From Styela clava (Eukaryota), in the NCBI RefSeq assembly GCF_964204865.1, contig NC_135255.1:11098001-11162000 (forward strand): 64,000 nt of DNA. Reading direction: 5' to 3'. A program made the position numbers and the translations under genes. Positions within the stretch are counted from its first letter, which is position 1, and each line of letters begins with the position of its first letter. Below are positions 1-12,858 of this stretch, one piece after another. Under the pieces are notes generated by a model that saw only the letters and a list, made by a program, of their open reading frames with translations, did not search any database and was not told the DNA's origin.

Positions 1-100
1 TCTTTTAAACAGCATTCGTAGCTAATTTGCTTTTTCGCTATGAAATTATTAAATACATTAATATGGTCTGGTACGGTACCGTATAGTTTAGTACCACATG

Positions 101-245
101 CACTTCTAGTTGGCCTGGCTTAACAATTTTTGCATATGTCGATCCTAACCCTCACCTGACTACGTCACAGTGGCGTAATAAGGCCCACCAAAGTATGCGG
201 ATGGTCGCCCAAAACGCGCAGACAATCACCCGAAATCGAGCAAGC
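101..245. repeat. Dispersed repeat (MITE-like), similar to about 4160-4320
   Basis: Shared blocks TTTTGCATATGTCRATCCYAACCCYCACCTGACTRCG and CCAARACGCGCAGAMAATCA at both loci. Confidence 0.6.
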
Positions 246-490
246 TATTTCTCTCGTTTTCTTGTCACAACGATCACGATAGGAGAGAGATCGTACTTTA
301 GCGAGTTCGTTATCGGATTTTTCAACTTATGATACTTCAAGGCGAGAGGCCAAAAACATTTGGGCGAGTTCGAGTCGTTAATTTTCAGAGTGCTCGAGTA
401 AATTATTGACTCATTTATTTCCAACACTCGACTTAAAAAAATTTCGAACTACACAAAAATGCATGTCTGTAATCTCAGAATCTTCACAAG

Positions 491-1400
491 ATTTAAATGT
501 TCAGGTTTATCCAATGGAACTTGGAGATAAGTTTCGACTTGTTCTTGCAACAACTTTACATGAAGATGGGGCACCAGATGATGGAGAATTCAACCCATTG
601 TGGGATCAGCAACCCACCCGTGCAGATCAGTTTGAATATGTCATGTATGGAAAGGTAAACTTTCTTAATTATTTTTCAGGTTCCCATGCGGGTAAATGAT
701 ACTTATATTGTTGTGTAGTACTGTTAACAATGATGATTAGTGGATCATTTGTTTTTGTTGTGACATATGTAGAACATCATTCTATTGGAAAAATATGAAT
801 CACCATGCAAGCACTGCTGGTGGTTGGATATTCAATTAGCGTTTGTACACGTACACATATAATAGTATTTTAGCTATAGACGCCGTAAACTCAACCATCA
901 CTTTGTGTTTCACAAAATTACCTACCAATCCTTTGTGTTTGTAGAATGCAAGGGTGCTGTAGCAAAATTAAAAGATGACTATTCTATTTGATTCAAGAGT
1001 TTTGCTGCACACTACACATAGGATTAGTGTTAGTGTGCAGCAAGACTCTTCGAATCAGACAGCTGTGTTTAGTTGGGAATTTATGCTGCTTACTGATTAA
1101 ATTGATTCAGTAAATTCAACGATATTTCATCCTTAAAAATAATGTTATGAAGATTAGTTTCTAATCAAACATGGTATTATTCATATGTGTTTTTAATTCT
1201 TTAATATATATTAAATCCCAATAAATTTTTAGGCATACAGGATAGAGGGGGATGACACTGGCAGCGAAGTTGCATCCAGACTTTCGGCTTATGTGTCATT
1301 CGGTGGCCTTCTTATGAGACTGCAAGGAGATGCAAACAATTTACACGGCATGACTGTTGATCAGAATGTTTATTTATTAATAAAGAAATTGGCATTCTGA
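491..1400 (+). CDS. POLR2H: RNA polymerase I/II/III shared subunit RPB8 (3' exons 491-654 and 1233-1400; 5' exons lie upstream of the window)
   Basis: Translation [27 protein letters not shown]...[12 protein letters not shown]|AYRIEGDD...[24 protein letters not shown]...YLLIKKLAF* matches RPB8; GT-AG intron 655-1232. Confidence 0.96.
989..1057. repeat. Short hairpin of the Penelope-like inverted-repeat family (outer arms only)
   Basis: TGATTCAAGAGTTTTGCTGCACACTA ... TAGTGTGCAGCAAGACTCTTCGAATCA; nearly identical to the outer arms of 54515-54722. Confidence 0.8.
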
Positions 1401-1798
1401 TCAAGACTGTAGCGAGCGATTCGTTGGTAATTCAAGGACAAAGAACTATCATCTTGACTGGCGATACATAGTTACAACAGTCAGGACTGATGAAGCTGCT
1501 TTGTTTTCTCAAGATGTAACATCAAGAACAAATCGATCAGTTTTGTGTAAAGGTTACTAAACAGCAGCTCCCCTATTTCCAAGTGGAGAAAAAAACTTGC
1601 GACGGTTTAACTATCTCAATTTTATTCTGAAGCAAAGTAGGAAATAATAATATTTAACTTCTGGCTTTGGGTATTGCGTTTGCACAGCAGCACATACATA
1701 ATACTATAGGCAGTACTCGCAGCTTGGTCTCATCATCCTGATACTTTCTTGGCCTCCTAATGTTTCTAGCCAATGAGCAATTCGTCAACAGTAAAAAA

Positions 1799-3651
1799 TC
1801 AGCATGCTTTCTTCTCTCTGCCATCAGCCACATAGACATCTTTATGAATTGTGCGATTAGCTCTGTTGCTCAAATAGGAATTCCAGAACAATGCGACTAT
1901 TTGGCAGAAGAGCATTCTGAACAAATAATTAATATATCATTATTCATTATGCTCAATTCCCTTATTTTGCTACAAATTTTATATGCTTAATTTACTGGAG
2001 CGGCTATGAACTGTCGCACAGCCGCTCCAGTAAATTAACTCTGCCAGAAATCTTAAACGCTGCAGCTTTCAAAAAATATTCATTACTGAGTACTGACTAA
2101 ACCCACCTGTATTGAAAAGGCACGATTCCAAAATTGATCGTTTGTGATGGAATCCAAACCTAAATTTAAGTAAAAAAAGTTGCAGAATAAAGAATTATTT
2201 GTTGAGTTTTTGGATCTCTGAAGGCTAAAATTTCACAATAATATCTGTCAGGATGTTGTAAGATCCTAAGATAATATTTCTAGGTAAAACCTACCATCCA
2301 GTTCATTTTGATAATTCCTGGAACTTCATTTTTAATTCTACTGATTGCAGTCGACAAAGATTTCCCATTAAGTAAAGTTTGAACAGTGAAGAAGCCGCAG
2401 AGCAGTGGTGGTGTTATGACAAACTGGATAAACAAAAATATAAATACAGTATAATGGAGTTGCGCAAAATACTACAAAGAAGCGCAATCTAATAACGTCA
2501 TCATTGAATTACTTGGGGAAAATAATCCGATTTACCATGGCATTCAAAGAGTTTTTAGCAAAAAACTTTGCAAGCAATTTTGGCCACGTGACGGCCGCCA
2601 TTAATTCAGATTATTATTGAGACAAGCGTGGCGCGATATGATGCATCTGACGTGGTGCCAGAAGCCCCTCGTTTGTGAGACACATAGAGTGTTTGTTTTA
2701 TTGAACCAAATGGAGAAAAATTCTTAGAATTTGAATAGTATGTCGTACTGGTATCAGCAAGAGGATGTAGCCACGAAAAGAATTTCTAGGTCACAATGAC
2801 ATCAAGCCAAAGTTATATAATACAATGATGCTAAAAACAAAAACCAGTGTTCACAACCATGATCTGAAAATGGATTTAAGTAAAAAATATAACCACCTGA
2901 TCTAGTGCCACAGAAAAAATGACGGGAAGAGCCATCTTGTTTACTGCAGTGAACCAAGCGGCTACCAAAGGACCCTAAAAATAAATTCGATGAAATATTT
3001 AATTCAATATTCCATCCATGTCTATATATTCAAACGTAAAATATATTACAAAATAAAAGAATCCGCATGTCGACATAACAGCAGTTCGGCGGAAATCATA
3101 CTTCTTCTTTTTTTCTATAGTAGTTTGTGCAAGTATATCACCAACTGTTACCAAAGTTCCTAAGTAAAAAAATATTTATTTCAGCAAGCACTTAGAAGCC
3201 TAACTATACAAATTCAGTATTGATTGGTTAACTAGTCAGTAATGCACTATTGCTTGTGGGAGTAATAGCCTAACAGTTTAATATAGGCGTGTTGCATATT
3301 TGAAGTAATTAAAGACACTAAAGAAAATGTTAACTTGGGTAGTATGCATTACAGAATTTGGCTACTCCATTACCAGAATCTCTTTCTTGCAAAACAGGGC
3401 ACAAAGTTATCATTTGAACTGTCTACAGACTGTGGTGCTGTACCAACAACAAAATTCAAATGCTATCTGTAGAACATATTACTAATACATGTATAATAAG
3501 TAATGATATTGAGTATTGTCATTTTACGAAATAAGAATAATGTGCTTTAAAATTATAACAGCCTACCAGCAGTTACAATTTGAGTCATCAAGGGTCGTTT
3601 GTCCACCAGTTCACTATATGCAGCAAATAATCGAAGAATGAGACGCTTCAT
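1799..3651 (-). CDS. Mpv17/PMP22-family membrane protein, paralog A (exons 3651-3567, 3159-3050, 2974-2897, 2423-2295, 2159-2107, 1916-1799)
   Basis: Spliced translation MKRLILRLFAAYSELVDKRPLMTQIVTAG..GDILAQ..RRT..GPLVAAW..LDQ..NWMVWIPSQTINFGIVPFQYRMLFCQIVALFWNSYLS matches Mpv17 motifs; all introns GT-AG and in phase. Confidence 0.9.
1987..2038. repeat. Perfect 19-bp inverted repeat hairpin in the last intron of Mpv17 paralog A
   Basis: TTAATTTACTGGAGCGGCT (1987-2005) / AGCCGCTCCAGTAAATTAA (2020-2038). Confidence 0.85.
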
Positions 3652-4479
3652 ATTTACGCCTTGAAGTCGTAATTAACTAATTCTGTGCGGTACCGGTACG
3701 GTACGTTATCTATTTTGCTCTATATTAAAAAATAATAGTAAACTGTTAATCAAATGCATGTAATTTTTATTTCTAAGTTGTAATGCATCGACACATGCAA
3801 CTCGGATGATATCGCATCCAGCCATCATAATCACATTGCAGCAAGCCAGCAACCAATCCATCCAAATCGGCTGACACGTGGCCGACGTACAGTATAGTAT
3901 TTGATATTGATAAGGACTGAAGGATGTTTCCCCGAGGGATTTTCTTTCCTGTTTAATCATTTTTTTGAGTAATGATGCTTACTCGGAAAGCAGTTGTCAG
4001 ATTTTTGATTTCTGCGTCAATAAAGATGACATACACCAGGCCGGCTAAAAACCTTTGTGTGTCGCGGGCCACTTTCGTATGACGAAATTTATCGCGCGCC
4101 GCAAACGTTTTTACCAAACCAATCACGGGGTCTAATGTAGTTTCGTACCTGAAGTAGCCTACTTCCAGTGAGCCTAGCATAAAAATTTTGCATATGTCAA
4201 TCCCAACCCCCACCTGACTGCGACATTTAAAAATTACGTTACTACGACGCCACAGCGAAGTAAGGGCCTTCAAACTATACGCACTGCCATCCAAGACGCG
4301 CAGAAAATCATCCGATATCGTATGTTAGTCGTTGTCCGAACTTGAGTTCGTTTTTCTTGCACCCAAAAATCGGTCCGGTTTTAACGATGTAGTCGCCAAG
4401 GCATGCATTGCTGCGGAAAAGACGACGATTAGTGATGGAGGATCTTATCTTGCCCTTTACGTTCTTCATACAAGAAAAT

Positions 4480-7315
4480 ATCAGGTCGCAAACATAACAT
4501 AATTGCTGCCAAATAGGAAAATGATTCGTGTTGCATTTATTTTCAACTTCGGAAACTTTTCAGAAGCCACATATTCGCGATAGAATCGATAGAATTCATC
4601 TATTGAAATTTCATTGAACTTTTTCTGGATTAATTCATCGCATTAGTTACATCTTAAATGTTGTATAACAAAATTAATATTTCGCTCCTGTAAATGGAAA
4701 TCATAAAAGCGCTCACTGAACGTGTTTTGCAATTCAGAAATGCCCTTTACTTGTCAAGCTGGTGCTCGAATAGTCTCAGTTTAGCTTGCAATGCATTCAC
4801 ATGACTGAAAAGAGCGTTGATCAGTTGTTCTATTTGTTGTAGTTTAAAGTTAACAATGGCTAGATGAGAAGATATATCAATGAAAAATGAAAAATCTGCC
4901 ATAAATTGCGGATTGTCAAATTCCAAAATCGGATTATTTTTTAAATTCGTGAATTCTTGGATTGGATCTTTTAAATTGGCAATTATTTATAGTACACTTG
5001 CACGACTCAACCAGCGTAGATTGCAGTAGTAACTCACCTCGCCGTGATCTGCTTCCCATTCGGATGTTAAAAAGTTTTGAAACTGACGGTGGTTCAAACC
5101 GAATAAATTATTGTCCCAATAAATTTGACCACATTAATTATCACCTTCATAGCAGCATCAAATCTCAACGTTTTTGCACATTAATTTTCTTGGTGTATAA
5201 TGCAATGATAATAATCCATTATACCAGGGCTTCCCAAACTAGGGGCCGCGGCCCTGAAAGGGGTCGCGAAACGAATTCTAGGGGCCGGGAAGAGAACACC
5301 AATTTTACACAAAGTACGATATCTATTGCACTTTTTCACTCTTGATTTGAAATACAATTATTAAAAATTGTGTAAAACGATAACTTCACGATTCCGAGTG
5401 AATACACATCATCATACCGTGACATTGTCTTCAATTTTCTTCCGAACACTAGGGCTCATTTTGGGGGGGATGTAGAGAATAACGATATTTTTTTAATATA
5501 CAAATATGAATACCGAAATACTCGTATATAAATAATATAATTAAATATGATACCAATTTCATAGCACGTTTTCATTTAAAATAGCTGCTACATATAGATT
5601 ATTAACCATTTAAAAAGTAGATTTTTTTCTATCGACTAGGACTCAGTAGTTTTCGAACTTTATTGTATTGCGACGCCCTCCAGAAATATGCTCAAGTTAC
5701 CACTTCTCGTGAAACGTACCGTTCGTATTGATACATTTCAATATAATACCTTTTTTTGCAATTAGTTTTATATAAACGAACAAACAAAATCTAACAACAG
5801 TCAGTGAAATCACATTTATCGGGCCGTGGTAGAAAAGCCTGCTTTATATAAATACAAAATCGCAAATGAGATGGGGTGCGCAACGCTCTTTAAACCAAGG
5901 AAAAATAATCGGTATCTACAGAAAACCGAATTTTCAGAATTGAACTTATTTATTATAACACCATCACAAAATTTTGCGACGCTCTAGCAGAATTGAAACT
6001 TCCACGGGATTAGGTGAACAAATTGCGCTATCGACGAAGTCTTTTTTCAAGGCGAGCGGTTGAATTAAAATCATTTTGGGGGAAACACGGTAAAATCATC
6101 GCGCTTGCATAACAATGCATATTCTGATCGTTTGACCCGATTTGCTTGCTTGCATGACAATGCCGGCTTTAAACGCTAAGCTAGCGTTTCCGGAAAGCGA
6201 TTTGCTCCGTGTGCCTCAAAACATATTACATATTATATTTATTCCAAATGTTTTATTGTTTCTCATTAAAGCAAATGATGTGTATATGAATCAAATTAAT
6301 TTTACCGTTCTATATTATTTACTTTCTGTTACGTTGTTACGTAACAGGTAAACCCTAATGCTGCAATTTCGTTGGCCGCAGTTTATTCATTTGCTGAAAC
6401 GAGTTTATCGAACATGAGTGAGTTTTAAGAATTTTAAAGGAAAGCTAGGCAGAGTTAGGCCTACATGTTTTAGAAATCTCAAAAGGCACAAAGTACATAT
6501 TAACGATGACAAACTTGTGTTTTATTTTGCGGCAGCATATTTTTTCAGTGGAGGTGCGCCATTAGTTTTTTCCTTGATGATTTGGTGACGCTGAAAACCG
6601 CTGCTTTAGGCTAAGTTTGATCAATAAGAGTGAACAATTCCGGATTAGGACCAGGTCGTCGGTGGGCAGACATCGTAATTTATCATTAGGCCTGCATAAA
6701 CAAACATTGCGCCACGGCTGAACTTGCTATGCAGCAAGAAGCATTCGCACCCATTACATTGAATAATGAGTACCTACAGGTGTTTTTGTTATTGAGTAGC
6801 CCTATTAAAAGTTGAGAATTAGCTGTGTCAATAAAATATCGAAAATGCATATTTTGAACTGTTTAGCATTATTCGCGTGAACAAGGGCCGCGAAAAATTT
6901 TAATATAGTAAAAGGGGCCGCGAGCTCAAAAGTTTGGTAAGCCCTGCATTATACTGTATATGTCTTTATCAATTCCGTCCGGATGTTTTTTTTAAAAGGG
7001 CGACCAAATCAGTGTATTTCCCGATCATGGACGGCGCTCTGTCTGTATTCACGCCCGCAAATTTTTCTAAACGAAAATCGTATGACTCAATCTCGTTCTT
7101 TAGTGCTTTGAACATATCTTCGCCTCTCGTGCGGTCTTTTAATGAAGCTGTGCTCAGACGTTCTTCAAATACATAGAAATTGCTATTAAGGCGGGTGCAT
7201 TGCGCTGCATGTGCAATGCAGCCTTTTATGGAATCTTTATCGCTGTATGACTTCATATTTTTAGCAGTGTCTCGAGCAATAAGATAACTTGCTTCGAAGT
7301 CATCTACCCCTCACA
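4480..7315 (-). pseudogene. Decayed hAT (Buster/Charlie/SPIN, GTF2IRD2-like) transposase remnant, split by younger insertions
   Basis: Minus-strand fragments RGEDMFKAL...TDRAPSMIG (6969-7256), HCIIHQE, LNHRQFQ..RWLSR and FFIDISSHL..FKLQ..KLRLF, with stops and frameshifts. Confidence 0.8.
5225..6946. mobile_element. Non-autonomous hAT element (1.7 kb)
   Basis: TIRs CAGGGCTTCCCAAACT / AGTTTGGTAAGCCCTG; perfect 8-bp TSD CATTATAC (5217-5224, 6947-6954). Confidence 0.92.
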
Positions 7316-7323
7316 TGTTTTAT

Positions 7324-10318
7324 CAGTGGCGGCGCGTGGTCATTTTGACAACTGGGGCAAGCTACTGCGGGACCAAGTCACCCCCATCTACGGGTACAGG
7401 ATGAGCGCTGTAAGTTCTTCCATCATTTTATGAGTATAAAAACCATTCCATCGGTAACAACCAATCGGCAAAAGCGACAATTTTTAACGATAAGAAAGTG
7501 TCTTTAAATCCGGTCCAAGTCAAGGGATTAATAAATATAGACATAGTTTATTTTGAAACCTCTTTCAAAAGGAAAGGCAATATTTACCCAGATAAATACA
7601 ATGACATATTAACAGAAACTTCGGGAAAGCAGACAAAACCTAAAATAAGATTTAAAACGTTACTATGAAGAAAGAAAAGATAATGCAAAGATAAGGACAT
7701 GCGTCGCTCACTCATAGATATATATGCTGCTAGACTTCTACTGCTTGAATATATATGCAACACGCCGCGGTTTCTTGGAAGCAAAATGCTCAATAACGCG
7801 CTGATTAAAGTCATGCATCCCAGAAATATCGTCTCTGTGAATGGATAAAACAGCCAAGGAATTTAAATCTATCTTGCTTCATTGTGTTTCTGAGATACGT
7901 TTTAATACGCTTCAGCGTGCTGAATGTTCGCTCTGCGTCGGCGGAAGAAATAGGCGTCGTCAAAATGATGTCCAGAAATTTTGCAGACGCCGCAAAGGTA
8001 GTTACTAGAGGGGCATAGAGCGCGCAAGTTGATGTGATGTTCAAAAAAGTTTGATTGGTGTATATACATCGCAATTCATTCTCCAATTTATCCACGTTTA
8101 TCATGGGGTAAAATTTGGAGACAGTAGCCAACAAATGGATGGGAAATTGATGTGCAAATTTTGAAAAATTTTTGGTGTTCATCAAAGAGAATGCGGCAAG
8201 GTGTTCAGTGCGCAGACGATCGCCTATTTGATTCACCAGAATGTCACAGCATTCCTTTGCAGACAAAATCAAACGCTGCGTTGTTTGCCCGCGGCGTAAA
8301 GAAGCACTCCATGTGTCGTCGTATTTTATTGTTTCCCGGATACGAGATACAGCATCGCAGAAGTCTGAAATACACGACTGCACAGACGCTTCATCCATTA
8401 GCCTTGACTGCAATGCGCCGTATAATACATCCACGTGATAGAATATTGTGGAGAAAAAAAGCGAGAAAAAATGAAAACTCACCATCTTCTAGCAGACGCT
8501 TTAGACCTGCCGCCTCCCTCACAGAGCGTTCGTCCCAAACCGGAGAGCTCTGAATGCCATTGAAACACTCAATTAGCTCAGACCTAATTTCGGACACGCC
8601 CTGCACCACGCGTGATTGGAAGTTCCAACGTGTTGGCGGCTACATATCTGAAGGAGGTCAGAGCGCTTCGGCGAAACGGAAAAAAAAATGAAGAAAACCC
8701 CGAAACATTTGCAAAAAATATACGGACGAGAGGGGTATCAAGACACATATTTTTAATAACGAGGTTAAATTGGTGTGCATAACAATGTAAAAAATGCGCA
8801 TGAGGAAAATCTTCTTTTATATAAACTCGAACACCATGTTTCGACCCACTCATGAATGCCGCGCCGTCATAAGTTTGAGCTATCAATTTTGACTTCGCGT
8901 TGTAAGGCTGTAACACTTCTTTCAGTGCAGCCGATATCCCGCAAGCCGTGCGATCAACGATTGGTACAAAGCTGTGAAATCTCTCGGTAGATTTACCATC
9001 TTTCACAAACCGAAAAATCACAGCCAGTTGGGAAACGCACGTGATGTCAGTTGTCTCGTCAGACTGAATCGAAAGGAACTGGCAATTCTCAATTTCCAGA
9101 GCCAAATGTTGTAAATAAATTTTATACATTGAGTCGAGCAAATCATTTTGGATATCCTTAGATGTCCCTTTCGAAACAGTTGCGGCATCAAGATGATCTC
9201 CCAATACTGTATCTAGGGATGCGGTGTATTCCACCATATCCAAAAATACCCCTCTATTAGAAGAGCCAGCCCGTTCATCGTGCCCACGGAGGGACAGCTC
9301 GTGACAACCAATGAACTTCAAAACATCTATCAATCGACCGAGAACATGGCGGTTTTTCTCGACGTTTTGGTTGTGCCGACGAATAGAAACCGGGCGTCCT
9401 TCATCCAACTGCAATATTAACATTTCCGAATGTTCGGTATTTTACTGCATTGTCCTGATGCTCCATAGAAGATTGATGATCCCTGGCACGCTCGGAAAGA
9501 TGTTTAAGATCTCTAAAACCAAATTTACACCAACGTGAGTCACGGGCGGTAGCAAAAAGTAGGCAATAAAAACAAAAAAGTGCATTTTTGTCCTCGCTGT
9601 AACACAACCATTCGTGTTTTTTATACCAAGTTTCTGCGCAGAATGTACGCCGACGCTTTCCTCCGTCATGGGATTGTTCCAGTGAACAATTTTTCGGTTG
9701 ATAAGGCCCAAGACGTTGTACCTCTAATTTTTGTTCCAGCGGCAGCTACGAAAACGGAGTGCGAAGTAGTGCATCAACCTTATTCATTATGAGGTCTAAG
9801 GCTAAGAAATGCGAAGCCGGAAAGAAGTGAGGAGCTCAAAAGGAATGTGGAAAATCGAAAGCAAATGGACTAAAGGTCTCTAACTGATTCAAATAGCGAA
9901 ACAAGCGACAAAAACGAAGGCGAGGAAACTATCAACTCTTCAAGCAACCAACGAACGAGAAGGAATGCGTGAATATGTCAACACGTTGTTGTAAGAAACG
10001 TCGGCATTGTGTCGTCATAATTTCGGGGCTAGCCCCGATGTTTTAGTAAAAGAAACAGAAAACAAACGAGACAAACGCGGCGAGTGGAAGATAAAAGAGA
10101 GAATACGATATACAATGAGCAACCGGGGCAAAATCGGCGTCGCCCCGTCGACGTTCGGCGAAGGCTTTGCGAGCGAAAAATGAACCATGTCGGGAGAATA
10201 TGGCTAGTGTAGACAGTCTGTGCAACCGATATTGGAGTATTTTTCGAAAATTTTTTTATTATACCGAAAAAATAACTGGGGCATTGCCCCGGTTGGCCCT
10301 ATTGACGCGCCGCCACTG
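7324..10318 (-). mobile_element. Full-length hAT transposon (about 3 kb) with frameshifted ZMYM1-like transposase
   Basis: 14-bp TIRs CAGTGGCGGCGCGT / ACGCGCCGCCACTG; perfect TSD TGTTTTAT (7316-7323, 10319-10326). Confidence 0.95.
7811..9711 (-). pseudogene. hAT transposase (TTF-type zinc finger, DUF4371, hATC dimerization domain), broken into at least 5 overlapping ORFs
   Basis: LFCFYCLLF..H, LRGHDE, DETTD..QL, QTYDGA..MSG, HCYAH..NL and PISSADAERTFSTLKRIKTYLRNTM motifs distributed over different frames. Confidence 0.9.
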
Positions 10319-10391
10319 TGTTTTATGATAGTGGTTTGCCTACGTACCGACTTACTAATATTTAATTTGATGACAGCACATTTGAACGTAC

Positions 10392-10760
10392 GTACATTTG
10401 CACCCGTAAACTGCACCTAGGACATTCGCACCTGCATACTTTTGCACCACCGACATTTGCACCCAAACATTTCCATCCATAGATCGTAGCACCCACATGT
10501 GGATTGCACCCGCGAACATTTGAACCCATGTGTATTTGCACCCACGTACATTTGCACCCACGAACATTTCCACCCAGGTACATTTGCATCCATGAACTTT
10601 TGCACCCACGAACATTTGCACCCATGAACATTTGCACACTGGATATTTGCAACCGCGGACATTTGCACCCGCGTATATTTGCACCCACGTACATTTTCAC
10701 CTATGTTCATTTGCACCCATGCACATATGCATCCACGAATTCTTGTACCCATGGCATTCT
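10392..10760. repeat. Minisatellite, about 16-bp unit ACATTTGCACCCRCGA, about 20 degenerate copies; inverted copies at about 10935-10977
   Basis: Recurring TTTGCACCC; explains the repetitive pseudo-ORFs at 10355-10821. Confidence 0.9.
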
Positions 10761-11586
10761 CACGCATATGCATGCGCCTCATAACAGTCATGTTCGCGAT
10801 TAGACAAACTTTAATTGCCAAATATAAATATATTTGAAAAGAAGACGGATTACAAATTTTAAGTAGCCCTTATTCTTAGTGAGAGTCGCTACGTTTTTAT
10901 TGTCATTGCGAGTTATAATCCTTTCCAATTGTTCATGGGTGCAAAAGTATGCAGGTGCGATTGTACGTGGGTTCAAAGATAATGACAAACCGTTTAATTT
11001 TATCTTCACGTTGCTGTCTTGCGATGTTGTTACACTTCGCTAATGAAGCTCTTATAACGACGTTCGAGGTTATATTCTCCCACGACAGATATATTTTTAC
11101 TATTCCTTTAGTTTCTTACTTTTGAAGAGTAGACTCAGTCTCATTAACCCAAGATGCGATTCAAGATTGCTAGCAGCCAAAAGTATCTATTTTCATGCTT
11201 TTCTCACACAAAAGGGTCACCACTAGTGCAAAATTGTTGACAGAGTATAATAAGTATAAGTATATTTTGATTTTCCCGCAAAAGAATCATACAAAAAACA
11301 CAAGCAATGAACACACAGAAGATTGGGAAAACTGGCAAAACCTTTATAAAGGTTTAATACATGCGCCAGTTTGCCCACGTTCAACACACAAACATATATT
11401 CAAAATAAAAAAGACAAAGGCCAGAACGGGTATCAGAGTGTATTGATTAAAGAAAGAACTGATATTTGCCACGATTTTTTGGATTGTGGTCTTGCATGTC
11501 AAAGCATATTTATTTGAAAATTTTGTAATAAGCCTTAGAACACCAATGCTGGAAACCAACTGCATGAAAGATTAATGAAAACATAA

Positions 11587-11709
11587 TATAAATCAGCAAT
11601 TCAGACAAATTAATCTCGATAGAATCATGGTAAATTAGACACCTGTGACATACTATAAATCAGCAATTCAGACAAATTAATCTCTATAGAATCATGGTAA
11701 ATTAAACAC
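11587..11709. repeat. Tandem duplication of a 56-bp segment (period 67)
   Basis: TATAAATCAGCAATTCAGACAAATTAATCTCKATAGAATCATGGTAAATTARACAC at 11587 and 11654. Confidence 0.9.
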
Positions 11710-12858
11710 ATCAATAGATGGGGTAAATGTAGGACGGGCTGCAGAAAGCAACACTTTATCCTAAACATTTATTTTGAAAAGCCATCAGTTTACTTATTTT
11801 GTAAAGATTCTAAAAAATCATGACCTATTCAGTTCTGTGATTAGCCCCCTTCCAACGAAGGGGCGGGAATATATGCATTTTATAGTTTCGTACAAATGTG
11901 TGAACATAAAATACTGCAAGCACAAGCATTTGGGAGAAAATAGTCTCTGAAGCTCGAGTCACAGGTCATCACAGAGCCTTGATTCAAATTCCAGAGTTGC
12001 AGAAAATTTCAAAAATGTGGTCAGTCATAGTGGATTTCAAAACAAAACTGGAATGGATAAATATGAGTAATATTGACACTAAGATTTGTAACTTCCATTA
12101 AACCAACTTAATCATGTATTAACAAATCATGTATTGACAACTTTTATATCGGTATTCGGTGCTAAAAATAACTATTTCGAATTTGGTACTTTAATAAGAT
12201 ATTTCCAATGTAACATCTACAACACAGCAAATAGTGTTTCTGTTGAGACGAGTCAATTGTTTTAGATACGCAACACTGGTTTGTATGGCCATCACATTAA
12301 TTTATGGAAATTTACCAATGTATATTACAACGAAAGCAAAAAATAATAATTGGCAGTTAAACGATAAAATAAAACGCTTCCTTATGAAATTTAAACATAA
12401 AATGATTTGTTGAAGAATAAACTTAGGTGTGCTACATAAACAAGTTATCAGAGGCTACATAAAAAAGTTATCAGACAATTTAAAGATCTGCGAGGCAGTA
12501 TTGCACTTAGTTGCTTACAATAACAATTGAAGAAAATCTACACTGCAATGTTTAAAAGATAAAAATCACAACCCCACCAAAATAACATAGAAATGTCTGG
12601 TACCATACCAGAATACTCCAAATACACTTGCAATATTAGTTCTATATAGCATATTACACTAAGCAATGACACTGGCACTATAGAAGTGTTAGACTGAGGT
12701 TTAATACTGCTTCATAGGAATATCTGCTTCTGCCATGAATACAATTCTATTATTCCGAATATTTTTTCCCCTTTTAATACATTTGAGTCAGGAGCAATGT
12801 ATTTTTTAATCCTCCATCCACATTATAACAATATCCACCCCCTTCAACCTTGTCTCGC

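Noticed and set aside
10392-10760. CRISPR-like repeat array
   Set aside because: Units are contiguous with no unique spacers; eukaryotic context and no cas genes
10355-10821. Several overlapping 100+ aa Cys/Gly-rich ORFs
   Set aside because: Artefacts of the stop-poor 16-bp minisatellite
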